Positions 7,973 through 16,453 of a DNA stretch of 64,000 nucleotides are shown here, one piece after another. The position numbers and the translations under genes are program-made. Under the pieces are notes generated by a model. That model had not been told where the DNA came from. It did not search any database and was given only the letters and a program-made list of their open reading frames with translations. The stretch's first letter is position 1. Each line of letters starts with the position of its first letter. Source of the stretch: an uncultured Chloroflexia bacterium (GTDB taxonomy: Bacteria > Chloroflexota > Limnocylindria > Limnocylindrales > CSP1-4); assembly GCA_963778645.1 (NCBI GenBank), contig CAVZVH010000026.1, forward strand, positions 787,841-851,840. The letters are read 5' to 3'.

Positions 7973-8884
7973 TCAGGCCTGGGGCAGCTCCCGGCCTTGC
8001 GCCTTGGCCGCCGCCTTCTTCTCCGCCCAGGCGCCAAGGACGTTGTCCTTGTGCGGCCGGATCGGGCAATGCTCGTCGCGGTTCTTGAACTCGTCGCAGT
8101 AGCCGAGCGGGACGCACTTGGGAGCCAGGAACGAGCCGAGGAACGGCGAGACCGAGAAGATCTCGTGGCGGACGAGCTGGAAGAGTCGACGGATCTCCCA
8201 CTGGGCCATCGTGCAGAGGCGGAGCCCGGACATGTGGATGAGCGCTCGCAGGTTCGTGGTCATCACGAGGTTGGTGCGCGCCGCGTTCGGGAACACGAAC
8301 CGGGCGTCCTCGCCGGGCAAGCCGGCCTCGAGCATGTCGCCGTAGAGCTCGAGCGACCCCTCGATCTGCGACTCGTAGCGCTCCCGCAGCGCCGGATCGC
8401 CCTCGGCGATCGAGTGGGGCAGCATCGTGGCCTGGCCCTTGAACTTCACGTATCGCTGGCTCTGCTGGTCGAAGGCGACGCCCGCCCGATGCCGCACGAG
8501 CTGGTGCGAGAGCGTCCGTGAGACGCCGGTGATCGCGAACGTGAAGACGACATGTTCGATCGTCGACCCGTGACCGGATTCGATGACCGACGAGATGAGC
8601 TTCTGCATCTTGACCGGGTCGAAGTCGCCGGCCAGCGCCCGGCGGAAGATCTCCTCGGGGGCTTCTTCCGAGTAACACGTCCGGCAGGCGGTGTAGATGA
8701 TCGGGACGTACGAGCGCTCGACGATCTCGCGATCCGGGAAGAGGAGCGTGACCTTCATGCCGAGGTCGCGCCGACCTGGGTTCTTGGGGATGCCGGTCTT
8801 GTCGCGGGGCGGCTCCGCGGCGCCGGCGCCCGTCGCGGACGTGGGCGGCGTGGCGGGATCCGGGGGGATGGGCTCGGCGGTCAT
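7973..8884 (-). CDS. thyX: Flavin-dependent thymidylate synthase
   Basis: ThyX signature 'QLVRHRAGVAFDQQSQRY'. Start is ambiguous: 8884, or the internal 'MKVTLLF' ATG at 8758. The C-terminal tail carries three Cys ('KCVPLGYCDEFKNRDEHC'). Confidence 0.92.
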   Translation of the reverse strand: MTAEPIPPDPATPPTSATGAGAAEPPRDKTGIPKNPGRRDLGMKVTLLFPDREIVERSYVPIIYTACRTCYSEEAPEEIFRRALAGDFDPVKMQKLISSVIESGHGSTIEHVVFTFAITGVSRTLSHQLVRHRAGVAFDQQSQRYVKFKGQATMLPHSIAEGDPALRERYESQIEGSLELYGDMLEAGLPGEDARFVFPNAARTNLVMTTNLRALIHMSGLRLCTMAQWEIRRLFQLVRHEIFSVSPFLGSFLAPKCVPLGYCDEFKNRDEHCPIRPHKDNVLGAWAEKKAAAKAQGRELPQA

Positions 8885-8958
8885 CGGAGGGCCAGTCTAG
8901 CCGAGGCCGACGAACCCGGCCCGGCCTGGCGAGTCGACCGTCGCCATCGCGCGCCATA

Positions 8959-9696
8959 GTGGGTCGCGTGCAAGAACTCGCCCTGCCGGTGCTGCTCGCC
9001 CTGGGGGTCCTCCTGGTCGCATATGGGTTGCGGCTGTGGCTCGCCTACGCCGAGGCGTTTCGCCTGATGAAGGCGGCGAGCACGCGCGGGCGTGTGCCAT
9101 GGCGGGTCAAGCTCGCCATGCTCGTCACCTTTCACGTCCGTCTCGGGGCCGTGCGCGAGTTCGGCCGCGAGTGGCCTCGCGTGCTCCTTCCCACCAGGGG
9201 CTTCCGGCATATCCGACGCGTCCTCCTCGCGCAGCAGGCAGACCTCCGGGCTGCGGCGGCGGCCAGGAAGCGGCGAGATGACGACCTGCATCGATACGCC
9301 GGGGTCACCGGGACCGACGCGCAGGGTCGACGACTCGACCGGCGGGAGTTCCAGGAGACCATGGAGGCCCTGACGTGGCTGTCGACCAGCCAGATGGGCC
9401 GCTACGGCATCGTCGGCCGCTATGACCGTCGCGTGCTCGACGAGTTCCCATCATCTTGGCTCGACGGCCTGCCGGACGACCAACGGATCACGATCGAGGT
9501 CGGTCAAACCGGCGAGTCGTGGTTCGCCTGGCGCCGGACGGTGACGGGCTGGTGCTTCGCGATCGGCGCGGCCAGCCCTCCGGTGGACCAGTGGTACTAC
9601 GACGGCCCCGAGCCGCCAAGCGGCTTTCCGGGTCAAGATCCGGCCTGGGGCGAGGAGCCGTTCAGGCTGAGTCCGAACTGGATCGCTTCGGACTAG
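8959..9696 (+). CDS. Hypothetical protein with an N-terminal TM helix
   Basis: 'LALPVLLALGVLLVAYGLRLWLAY', followed by a Trp-rich soluble domain. No family recognised. Confidence 0.5.
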   Translation: MGRVQELALPVLLALGVLLVAYGLRLWLAYAEAFRLMKAASTRGRVPWRVKLAMLVTFHVRLGAVREFGREWPRVLLPTRGFRHIRRVLLAQQADLRAAAAARKRRDDDLHRYAGVTGTDAQGRRLDRREFQETMEALTWLSTSQMGRYGIVGRYDRRVLDEFPSSWLDGLPDDQRITIEVGQTGESWFAWRRTVTGWCFAIGAASPPVDQWYYDGPEPPSGFPGQDPAWGEEPFRLSPNWIASD

Positions 9697-9737
9697 CGTC
9701 GGCGGCTCGCCCCGCGCGGCGTCGTCCCGACGGCGCC

Positions 9738-9947
9738 TCAGTAGTAGTCGGAGCAGGACAGGAAGTACCCGCAGCGGCAGATGAGCTTGCACTTGCGCTC
9801 GTCCATCGGCGCCCCGCAGTTGGCGCAGGTCAGGATCACGACGGCCGGGTCCACGTCCGATGGGGAGCCGCCGGCCTGCCCGGACATGGCGCCTTCCGAC
9901 TCGCGGTCTTCGACGATGCGGATGGGCACGCTCCACGAGTCGGTCAT
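9738..9947 (-). CDS. Small Cys-rich (zinc-ribbon-like) protein, translationally coupled to the cyclase-STAND gene
   Basis: 69 aa. The C-terminus 'CANCGAPMDERKCKLICRCGYFLSCSDYY' contains 7 Cys. The ATG overlaps the upstream stop (ATGA at 9944-9947). Confidence 0.55.
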   Translation of the reverse strand: MTDSWSVPIRIVEDRESEGAMSGQAGGSPSDVDPAVVILTCANCGAPMDERKCKLICRCGYFLSCSDYY

Positions 9948-12698
9948 CGCGTGGCCTTCGGTTCCTCATGGTCGGTCGGCGGGGCGCCTTCGACCTCCAG
10001 CGCGTACGCGACCACCTCATCGAAGCCCATCGCCGCGCCCTCCGCGCTCCTGGCGGCGAGGTCCTCGGGCGGCAAGGCATCACGCGGCGTCTGGACACCG
10101 AACAGGCTCGAGTTCTGATCCACGTAGTCGGCCAGCCCTGTGCCGGTAGTCTGCTGAAGGTGGCGCGCGGCCCCCCACAGCCGACCCGACCGGTCGGGGT
10201 CGCCATCCGCCAGCGCGATGATCGCCAGATCGTCGAGGACAAGCGTCACGCCCGAGACGTCGCCGGCTTCGTAGAAATGGCGCAGGGCGTGCCGGCCCGT
10301 CTCGCGCCCTTCGTCGAAATGGCGCTGCCCGACCGCGGACAGGGTGAGCATGTGCAACGACCAGGCCTCCATGGTCCGTTGGCCGGAGGCCCGGTGGAGT
10401 TCGAGTGAGCGCCGGTACCACTGCTCCGCCTCAGCCGCGTCGGCGGCGAAGTAGTAGAGGCTGGCGATGCCCCACAGGATGTTGCCCTCACCGGCCACGT
10501 CGCCGATCTCTCGGTACAGGCCCAGCGCCTCGTCGAGCATCGCCCTCCCGGCGTCCAGGCTGTCGGAGGATCTGCCGGGCTGAGCCATGATGACGACGAC
10601 GTACGCGTACGAGCGGTTGAAGAGCGCATTCGCGATCTCGCGCTTGTCGCCGATCGTCCGCCAGATCGTGAGGGCCTCGTCGTACCAGCGGGCGGCGGCC
10701 GCCTGATCGGACTGCCAGTACGCGATGCCGCCGAAGGCCTCGGCGAACCGGGCGCGCGGGACGGGCTCGAGCTCCCAGCCCATCGCGGCCATCGCATCGA
10801 ACCGGGCGCGGGCCTCGTTGAGGTACCCGCGCTGCTGCCAGAAGCGCCACAGGGCGAAGGACAGGCGAACCGCGACCGCCGGTTCCGGTTCCTCGGTCGC
10901 CCGATCGAGCGCGGCGCGCATGTTGTCGTGCTCGCGTTCGAGTCGATCGAGCCAGACCCGCTGGTCCGTCCCGGAAAGCTGCGGTGCGGCCTCCTCGGCC
11001 AGGTCGATCATCGCGGCGGCGTGGCGGGCGCCGATCTCGCGGGTCTCGCCACGAGCCGCCAGCATCTCCGACGCGTACTCACGGATCGTCTCGAGCATCC
11101 CGAAACGCGGCTCGGCGTGCTCCTCATCGATCCGGACCAGGCTCTGGTCGACCAGCTCGCCGATGCGGTCCACGACGTCCCCGCCGACCTCGTTCGCCGG
11201 CCCGCAGATGACGTCCGCCATCCCGAGCTCGAAGCCGCCGCGGAAGACGGACAATCGGTCCACGAGTCGGCGTGCGCCCTCGTCGAGCAGGTCGTAACTC
11301 CAGGCGATCGCGCCGCGGAGCGTCTGCTGGCGTTCCGGAAGGTCGCGGGATCCGGCGGTCAGCACGTCGAGGTGGCGCTCCAGGCGGACCAGGATCTGGT
11401 CTGGCGTCAGAAGCTTGATCCGGGCGGCGGCGAGCTCGATGGCGAGCGGCATCCCATGGAGCGTCGCGCAGATCGCGGCGACGGCCGGGGCATTGGCGTT
11501 GTTGACCGCGAATCCGGGCTTGACCGCTGTCGCTCGGGCGATGAACAGACGAACAGCCTCGAACGTCGCGAGCGTCTCGATGTCGTACTCGCGCAGCGCC
11601 CGTGGAAGGTTCAGCCGCTCCATCTCCGACAGGTGGCGGGTGTCGGGCGGGGCGGGGAGACCCGGTACCGGATACTCCTGCTCGCCGGACACCCGGAGCG
11701 CGACCCGGGTCGTGACGATGGCCGTGAGATTGGGGCAGCGCTTGAGCAGCTCGGCCACGACGGGACCGGCCCCCACGACCTGCTCGAAGTTGTCGAGGAC
11801 GAACAGGATCCGCCGCTCGCCGACCGCATCGGCGATCGCGTCGACCGCCGAGCGACCGACGCTGTCGGCCAGCCCCAGTGTCCGGGCGATGGTCGGGCCG
11901 ACGAGGGCCGGATCGCGCACGGACTCCAGGGCGACGAACCAGAGGCCGTCCGGATAGGCGTCCGCGGCAGCGGCGGCCACCTGCAGCGACAGGCGGGTCT
12001 TGCCCGTGCCACCTGGGCCGGTGAACGTGAGCAGCCGGGTCTGCGACAGCAGCCCGGCCGCCTCGGCGACCTCGCGCTCGCGACCGACGAAGGTCGTCAG
12101 CTGCGTCGGCAGGTTGTTGGGTCGCGCGTCGATCGAGCGCGGCGGCGGCGAAGTCCGACGGGAGGCCATCGATGACCAGCTGGGTCAGTCGCTCGGGAGC
12201 GCGCAGGTCCTTGAGCCGATGCTGCCCGAGATCGCGCAGGCTCAGGCCGTTTGGGAGCCCGTCCGCCACCAGGGCTCGGGTCGTGTCCGAGAGCAGGACC
12301 TGGCCGCCATGCCCGACGGCGGCGATCCGCGCGGCCCGGTTGACATCGAGTCCCACGAGTGAGCCACCGGCGATCGAGGCCTCGCCCGAATGCAGGCCCA
12401 TCCGGACCCGGATCGGCGCGTCGTCTGGCCAGGACTCGCCCACGAGCGCCCGCTGTGCCGCGGCGGCCGCCGCGACCGCCGACCGAGCGCTCACGAAGAC
12501 CACGAAGAACGAGTCGCCCTCGGTGCCTTGCTCGTCACCCTCGTGCGCCTCGAACGCCGCTCGGAGGAGCGTGCGGTGCCGTTCGCGCAACTCGGCGTAA
12601 CGGGCCGTGCCGATCCGTTCCTCCAGGCTGGTGGAGCCCTCGATGTCGGTGAACAGGAAGGTCGCGGTGCCCCCGGCCGCCGGTCGCGGTCCGGTCAT
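9944..12698 (-). pseudogene. Class III nucleotidyl cyclase - STAND/AAA NTPase - TPR protein, interrupted by one frameshift near 12150-12170
   Basis: The cyclase domain is in the frame of ORF 11124..13184: 'FLFTDIEGST', 'GDSFFVVF', 'RVRMGLHSGEA', 'GLDVNRAARI'. The remainder is ORF 9944..12169: 'NNLPTQLTTFVGRERE', Walker A 'GPGGTGKTRL', 'ILFVLDNFEQV', and long TPR-like repeats. Junction: 'VIDGLPSDF' then 'PPPRSIDARPNN' in a different frame. Total length is not a multiple of 3. Confidence 0.85.
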
Positions 12699-12727
12699 CG
12701 AGGAAAGGGCCGCCGACCGGTCGGGGC

Positions 12728-13156
12728 TCAGTGGGTCGGGCCCTCCGTCAGGTCTCGGAGGCGCCGCGCGAGTCCGCGCATGACCGCGAGTGCCACCGCG
12801 GGCTCCTCGCGGACGACCGCCTCGAAGTCCCACGAGGCGAGGGCCAGGCACGTGGTCCGCCCGTCGGCCACGACCTGGGCCACGCGTGGCAGGCCGTCGA
12901 GCACCGAGAGCTCGCCGAAGAAGTCGCCGGGACCCAGCTGGGCGATGACCGTGCCGTCGCGGACGACCCGCGCGCTGCCGCTCGCGATGACGAAGAATCC
13001 GGTCCCGATCTCGCCCTGGCGCGCGATGACGTGGTCCGTGACGAACTCGACTTCGACGGCGCGCCCGGCGATCCGTTCGAGTCCCGCCGCATCGACATCG
13101 GCGAACAACGGAGCCGCCGCCAACAGCGTCGCGCGACGGTCCTGGGTCAGGGTCAT
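12728..13156 (-). CDS. Stand-alone cyclic-nucleotide-binding domain protein (142 aa)
   Basis: 'GEIGTGFFVIASGSARV', and phosphate-binding cassette 'GDFFGELSVLDGLPRVAQVVA' with the Arg present. No output domain. The gene lies 29 nt upstream of the cyclase gene start. Confidence 0.85.
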   Translation of the reverse strand: MTLTQDRRATLLAAAPLFADVDAAGLERIAGRAVEVEFVTDHVIARQGEIGTGFFVIASGSARVVRDGTVIAQLGPGDFFGELSVLDGLPRVAQVVADGRTTCLALASWDFEAVVREEPAVALAVMRGLARRLRDLTEGPTH

Positions 13157-13318
13157 GCATCCTCCGGGCGGGACGGGCCATCATGCTGCGCCGCCCGAGC
13201 GGCGGGCGTCAACATCGCCCGAGCATCGCCGGGATCGCGCGCCGAGCCAGCCGGTCATGGCACGATGCCTATGCACACGAGCCGGTGCCCCGGACCTCGT
13301 CACCGGAGGGTTTCGCGC

Positions 13319-13741
13319 ATGGCCGATCGCCAGGAGCTCATCGACGAGATCGCGGGTTTCGGGCTGTTCGCCGACCTGACGGCCACGCAGCTCGAGGGGA
13401 TCGTGCACATGTTCGACGAGGCTGTCTTCCCGGAGGGCGAACGCGTCCTGCGGCAGGGGATCAGCGGGTCGGGGTTCTACGTCATCCTGGACGGCGAGGC
13501 GGCGGTCGTCGTGGACGGCACGGAGCGGGCGCGCCTGGGCCGTGGTGACTTCTTCGGGGAGGTCTCCATCCTCCTCGGCGAGACGCCGATCGCGGACGTC
13601 GTCGCGGTCCGGCCGCTGCGCTGTCTCGTCGTGGCCGGTCCGGCCGTGGAAGCCTTCCTCGTCGGACATCCCCGGGTCATGTACCGGATGCTCCAGGCTC
13701 AGGCGCGCCGGTTGCGCGCCGCGAACCGATGGCGGAGTTGA
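13319..13741 (+). CDS. Stand-alone cyclic-nucleotide-binding domain protein (140 aa) with a degenerate phosphate-binding cassette
   Basis: ATG 13319 is preceded by GGAGGG. 'GISGSGFYVILDGEAAV' and 'GDFFGEVSILLGETPIADVVA' present; the canonical Arg is replaced in my alignment to the divergent paralogue. Overlaps the next gene by 13 nt. Confidence 0.85.
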   Translation: MADRQELIDEIAGFGLFADLTATQLEGIVHMFDEAVFPEGERVLRQGISGSGFYVILDGEAAVVVDGTERARLGRGDFFGEVSILLGETPIADVVAVRPLRCLVVAGPAVEAFLVGHPRVMYRMLQAQARRLRAANRWRS

Positions 13742-15261
13742 TCCGCCCGTTCCCGCCCGGGACCTATCCGGTCATCGTCATCGGCAGCGGCCCCGGCGGT
13801 CTCCAGGTCGCCTATTCGCTACGGCGACTCGGCGTGCCGCACGCGGTCCTGTCCGCGGATCCGACTCCAGGTGGCATGTTTCGCCGCTGGCCGTTCTTCC
13901 AGCGGCTGCTGTCGTGGACGAAGCCTCATGCCCCGGCCGAACGAGGTTCGCGCGCCTACGAACGCTATGACTGGAACAGCCTGCTAGGCGATGAGCCGGC
14001 GACTCGGGCGATCGCGCCCACCCTGATGGACGGCACCTCCTACTTCCCGTCACGCCCCGAGATGGAACAGAACCTCGCGACGTTCGCCGAGCGCGCGAGC
14101 CTCGACGTCCGGTATGACTGCGAATGGCGTGCGACGCGTCTCCTCGACCCGCCCGACGGGGACGGCGCGAGGTTCGAGCTCGAGACCACCGATGGGCTCT
14201 ACCGATGTGCGCGGCTCGTCCTCGCAGTCGGCGTCGCCGAGCCACACAGCCCATCCGGCCAGGGCATGGAGCACGCCTACCACTATGCGGACGTTCGGCC
14301 AGCGGAGACCTATGCCGGTCGGCGTGTCTGCATCATCGGCAAGCAGAACTCCGGATTCGAGCTGGCGACCGGTCTGCTGCCGTGGGCCCGACAGCTCATC
14401 CTCGTCTCGCCGTCGCCCACCAAGCTGTCGGTCGAGACGCGTTCGCTGGTCGGTGTTCGGGCGCGCTACGTCCAGCCGTATGAAGACCACGTCCTGGGTG
14501 GGGGCGTCTCGATCCTCGATGCCGCGATCGACCGGCTCGACCGCGCCGGCGACGGAACGCTGACGATCCACCTGCGGCGGACCGACGGCGGTGGTGACGT
14601 CGCGCTTGCCGTCGACGACGTCATCGCCGCGACCGGGTTCGTTGCGCCGCTGCGCGACCTCCCGAGCCTCGGCCTCGCGACGTATGGGGCGAGCCGGCTG
14701 CCCGCCGTGGGTCCTTGGTGGGAGAGCGTCAGCACGCCAGGCGTGTTCGCCGCTGGAACGCTTGGTCAGGCGTCAAAGGGGCTCCGTCGCCAGGGCATCC
14801 CGGCCAACTCCGGGGCGGTCCATGGCGCCCGCTACAACGCGCGGGTCCTTGCCGGTCACATCGCGCGGACCGGCTTCGGGATCGAGGCTGAGCGGCCGGC
14901 GATCGCGCCAGACCGGGCCGTGTCGTTCGTGGCCGAGGAGCTCGCCGAGGCTCCGGAGCTGTTCCATCAGCGCGGCTACCTGGCTCGGGTCCTGGCCCTC
15001 GATCCCGCCGGTGGGTGGCGTGACGATGGTGTCCAGCCGCTGGCGCACGTTCTCGACACGAGTGGACCGGATCTGCTGGCATTCACCCTCGACTCGGACG
15101 GGAGTGGCGCGATCTACCCGATCCTCTTCGCCCGCCGCGGCGGGAGCACCACGGAACACGTCGTCGACCCGGACCCGCTCGGGCGCTACGACACGGACGG
15201 CACTCGTCGGTCGATCACGGAGGCGCTCCGCACGGTCGATCGCACGGTCCCGTCGGGCTAG
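13729..15261 (+). CDS. FAD/NAD(P)-binding oxidoreductase (flavin monooxygenase / pyridine-nucleotide-disulfide oxidoreductase-like)
   Basis: Two dinucleotide-binding motifs, 'VIVIGSGPGGLQVA' and 'VCIIGKQNSGFELA', plus 'ATGF' late in the protein. The C-terminal ~120 aa are unassigned. Confidence 0.8.
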   Translation: MAELIRPFPPGTYPVIVIGSGPGGLQVAYSLRRLGVPHAVLSADPTPGGMFRRWPFFQRLLSWTKPHAPAERGSRAYERYDWNSLLGDEPATRAIAPTLMDGTSYFPSRPEMEQNLATFAERASLDVRYDCEWRATRLLDPPDGDGARFELETTDGLYRCARLVLAVGVAEPHSPSGQGMEHAYHYADVRPAETYAGRRVCIIGKQNSGFELATGLLPWARQLILVSPSPTKLSVETRSLVGVRARYVQPYEDHVLGGGVSILDAAIDRLDRAGDGTLTIHLRRTDGGGDVALAVDDVIAATGFVAPLRDLPSLGLATYGASRLPAVGPWWESVSTPGVFAAGTLGQASKGLRRQGIPANSGAVHGARYNARVLAGHIARTGFGIEAERPAIAPDRAVSFVAEELAEAPELFHQRGYLARVLALDPAGGWRDDGVQPLAHVLDTSGPDLLAFTLDSDGSGAIYPILFARRGGSTTEHVVDPDPLGRYDTDGTRRSITEALRTVDRTVPSG

Positions 15262-16432
15262 ACGCGCGCGCTGAGCCTCGCCAGCCGGTCGGCCGCGGCC
15301 TGGAGCGTCTCGGTGCGCTTCGGGAAGGCGAAGCGCAGTTTCGTCCGACCGAGCTCCGGGCGTGAGAAGAACGACGAACCGGGAACGGCGGCCACACCGG
15401 GGTCGCGGATGAGCCGCATCGCGAAGGCGACGTCGTCCTCGTCGGTCAGGTCGCGGATGTCCGTCATCACGTAATAGGCGCCGGCCGGGTCGCTGAGCCG
15501 GAACCCGGCCTCGCGCAAGGCCGGCATCAGCAGGTCGCGCCTCGCGCGGTAGTCGGCCACGAGCCGCTCGTAGTAGGACGCGGGGAAGCCGAGGGCGATC
15601 ACGGCCGCCGCCTGGAGCGGCGCCGCGGCACCCGACGGTCAGGAAGTCGTGGACCCGTCGGATCCCGAGCGTCAGGTCGGGTGCGGCGATCGTCCAGCCG
15701 ATCCGCCAGCCGGTGACCGAGTACGACTTCGACATCGAGTGGATCGACACGGTTCGCTCGGCCATCCCGGGAAGCGTCGCCGAGCGGGATGTGCTCGCCC
15801 TCGAACACGATGTGCTCGTAGATGTCGTCGGTGAAGGCGAGGGCGTCGAACTCGATGCAGAGCGACGCGATGAGCTCGAGCTCCTCGCGCGCGAACACCT
15901 TGCCGGTCGGGTTGTGCGGGGAGTTCACGACGATGGCCCGGGTGCGTGGCCCGAAGGCCGCCCGCAGCTCGTCCGGGTCGATCGACCAGTCCGGCTCGTG
16001 CAACGTGACATAGCGAGGCACCGCGCCGGACAGGATCGCGTCCGGCCCGTAGTTCTCGTAGTAGGGCTCGAACACGACGACCTCGTCGCCGGGATCGAGC
16101 AGCCCCAGCATCGCGGCGACCATCGCCTCGGTCGCGCCGCAGGTCACCGTGATCATCGTCTCGGGGTCGATCGTGCCCCACGTCGGGAAGTGGTCCGGCG
16201 TCGAGGTCGCGATCGCGTCGCGGAGCGCCTTGGCGCCCCACGTGATCGCGTACTGGTTGATGTCGTCGTGGACCGCCTTCGCGGCGGCCTCCTTCAGCTC
16301 GGGCGGGCACGCGAAGTCCGGGAAGCCCTGCGCGAGGCTGACCGCGCCGTGCTGCACCGCGAGGCGGTTCATCTCGCGGATGACCGACTCGGTGAAGCTC
16401 GCGGCCTTGACCGAGATGCGTGGGCGGCTCAT
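15258..16432 (-). pseudogene. Class I/II (aspartate-type) aminotransferase with two +1 frameshifts
   Basis: Three frames join as '...NSPHNPTGKVF...FEGEHIPL' | 'ATLPGMAERTVSIHSMSKSYSVTGWRIGW...DFLTV' | 'GAAAPLQAAAVIALGFPASYY...LRFAFPK'. PLP-Lys motif is 'SMSKSY'. The extra bases sit in short G runs (about 15788 and about 15632). Length is 1175, which is 3n+2. Confidence 0.85.
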
Positions 16433-16453
16433 GGCGCGCAGTCTACGTGCGAC

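Noticed and set aside
15258-15261. A palindromic CTAG serving as stop codon for convergent genes on both strands; the same occurs at 31648-31651.
   Set aside because: It is real but trivial, a consequence of TAG being half of the CTAG palindrome. It needs no functional explanation beyond tight gene packing.
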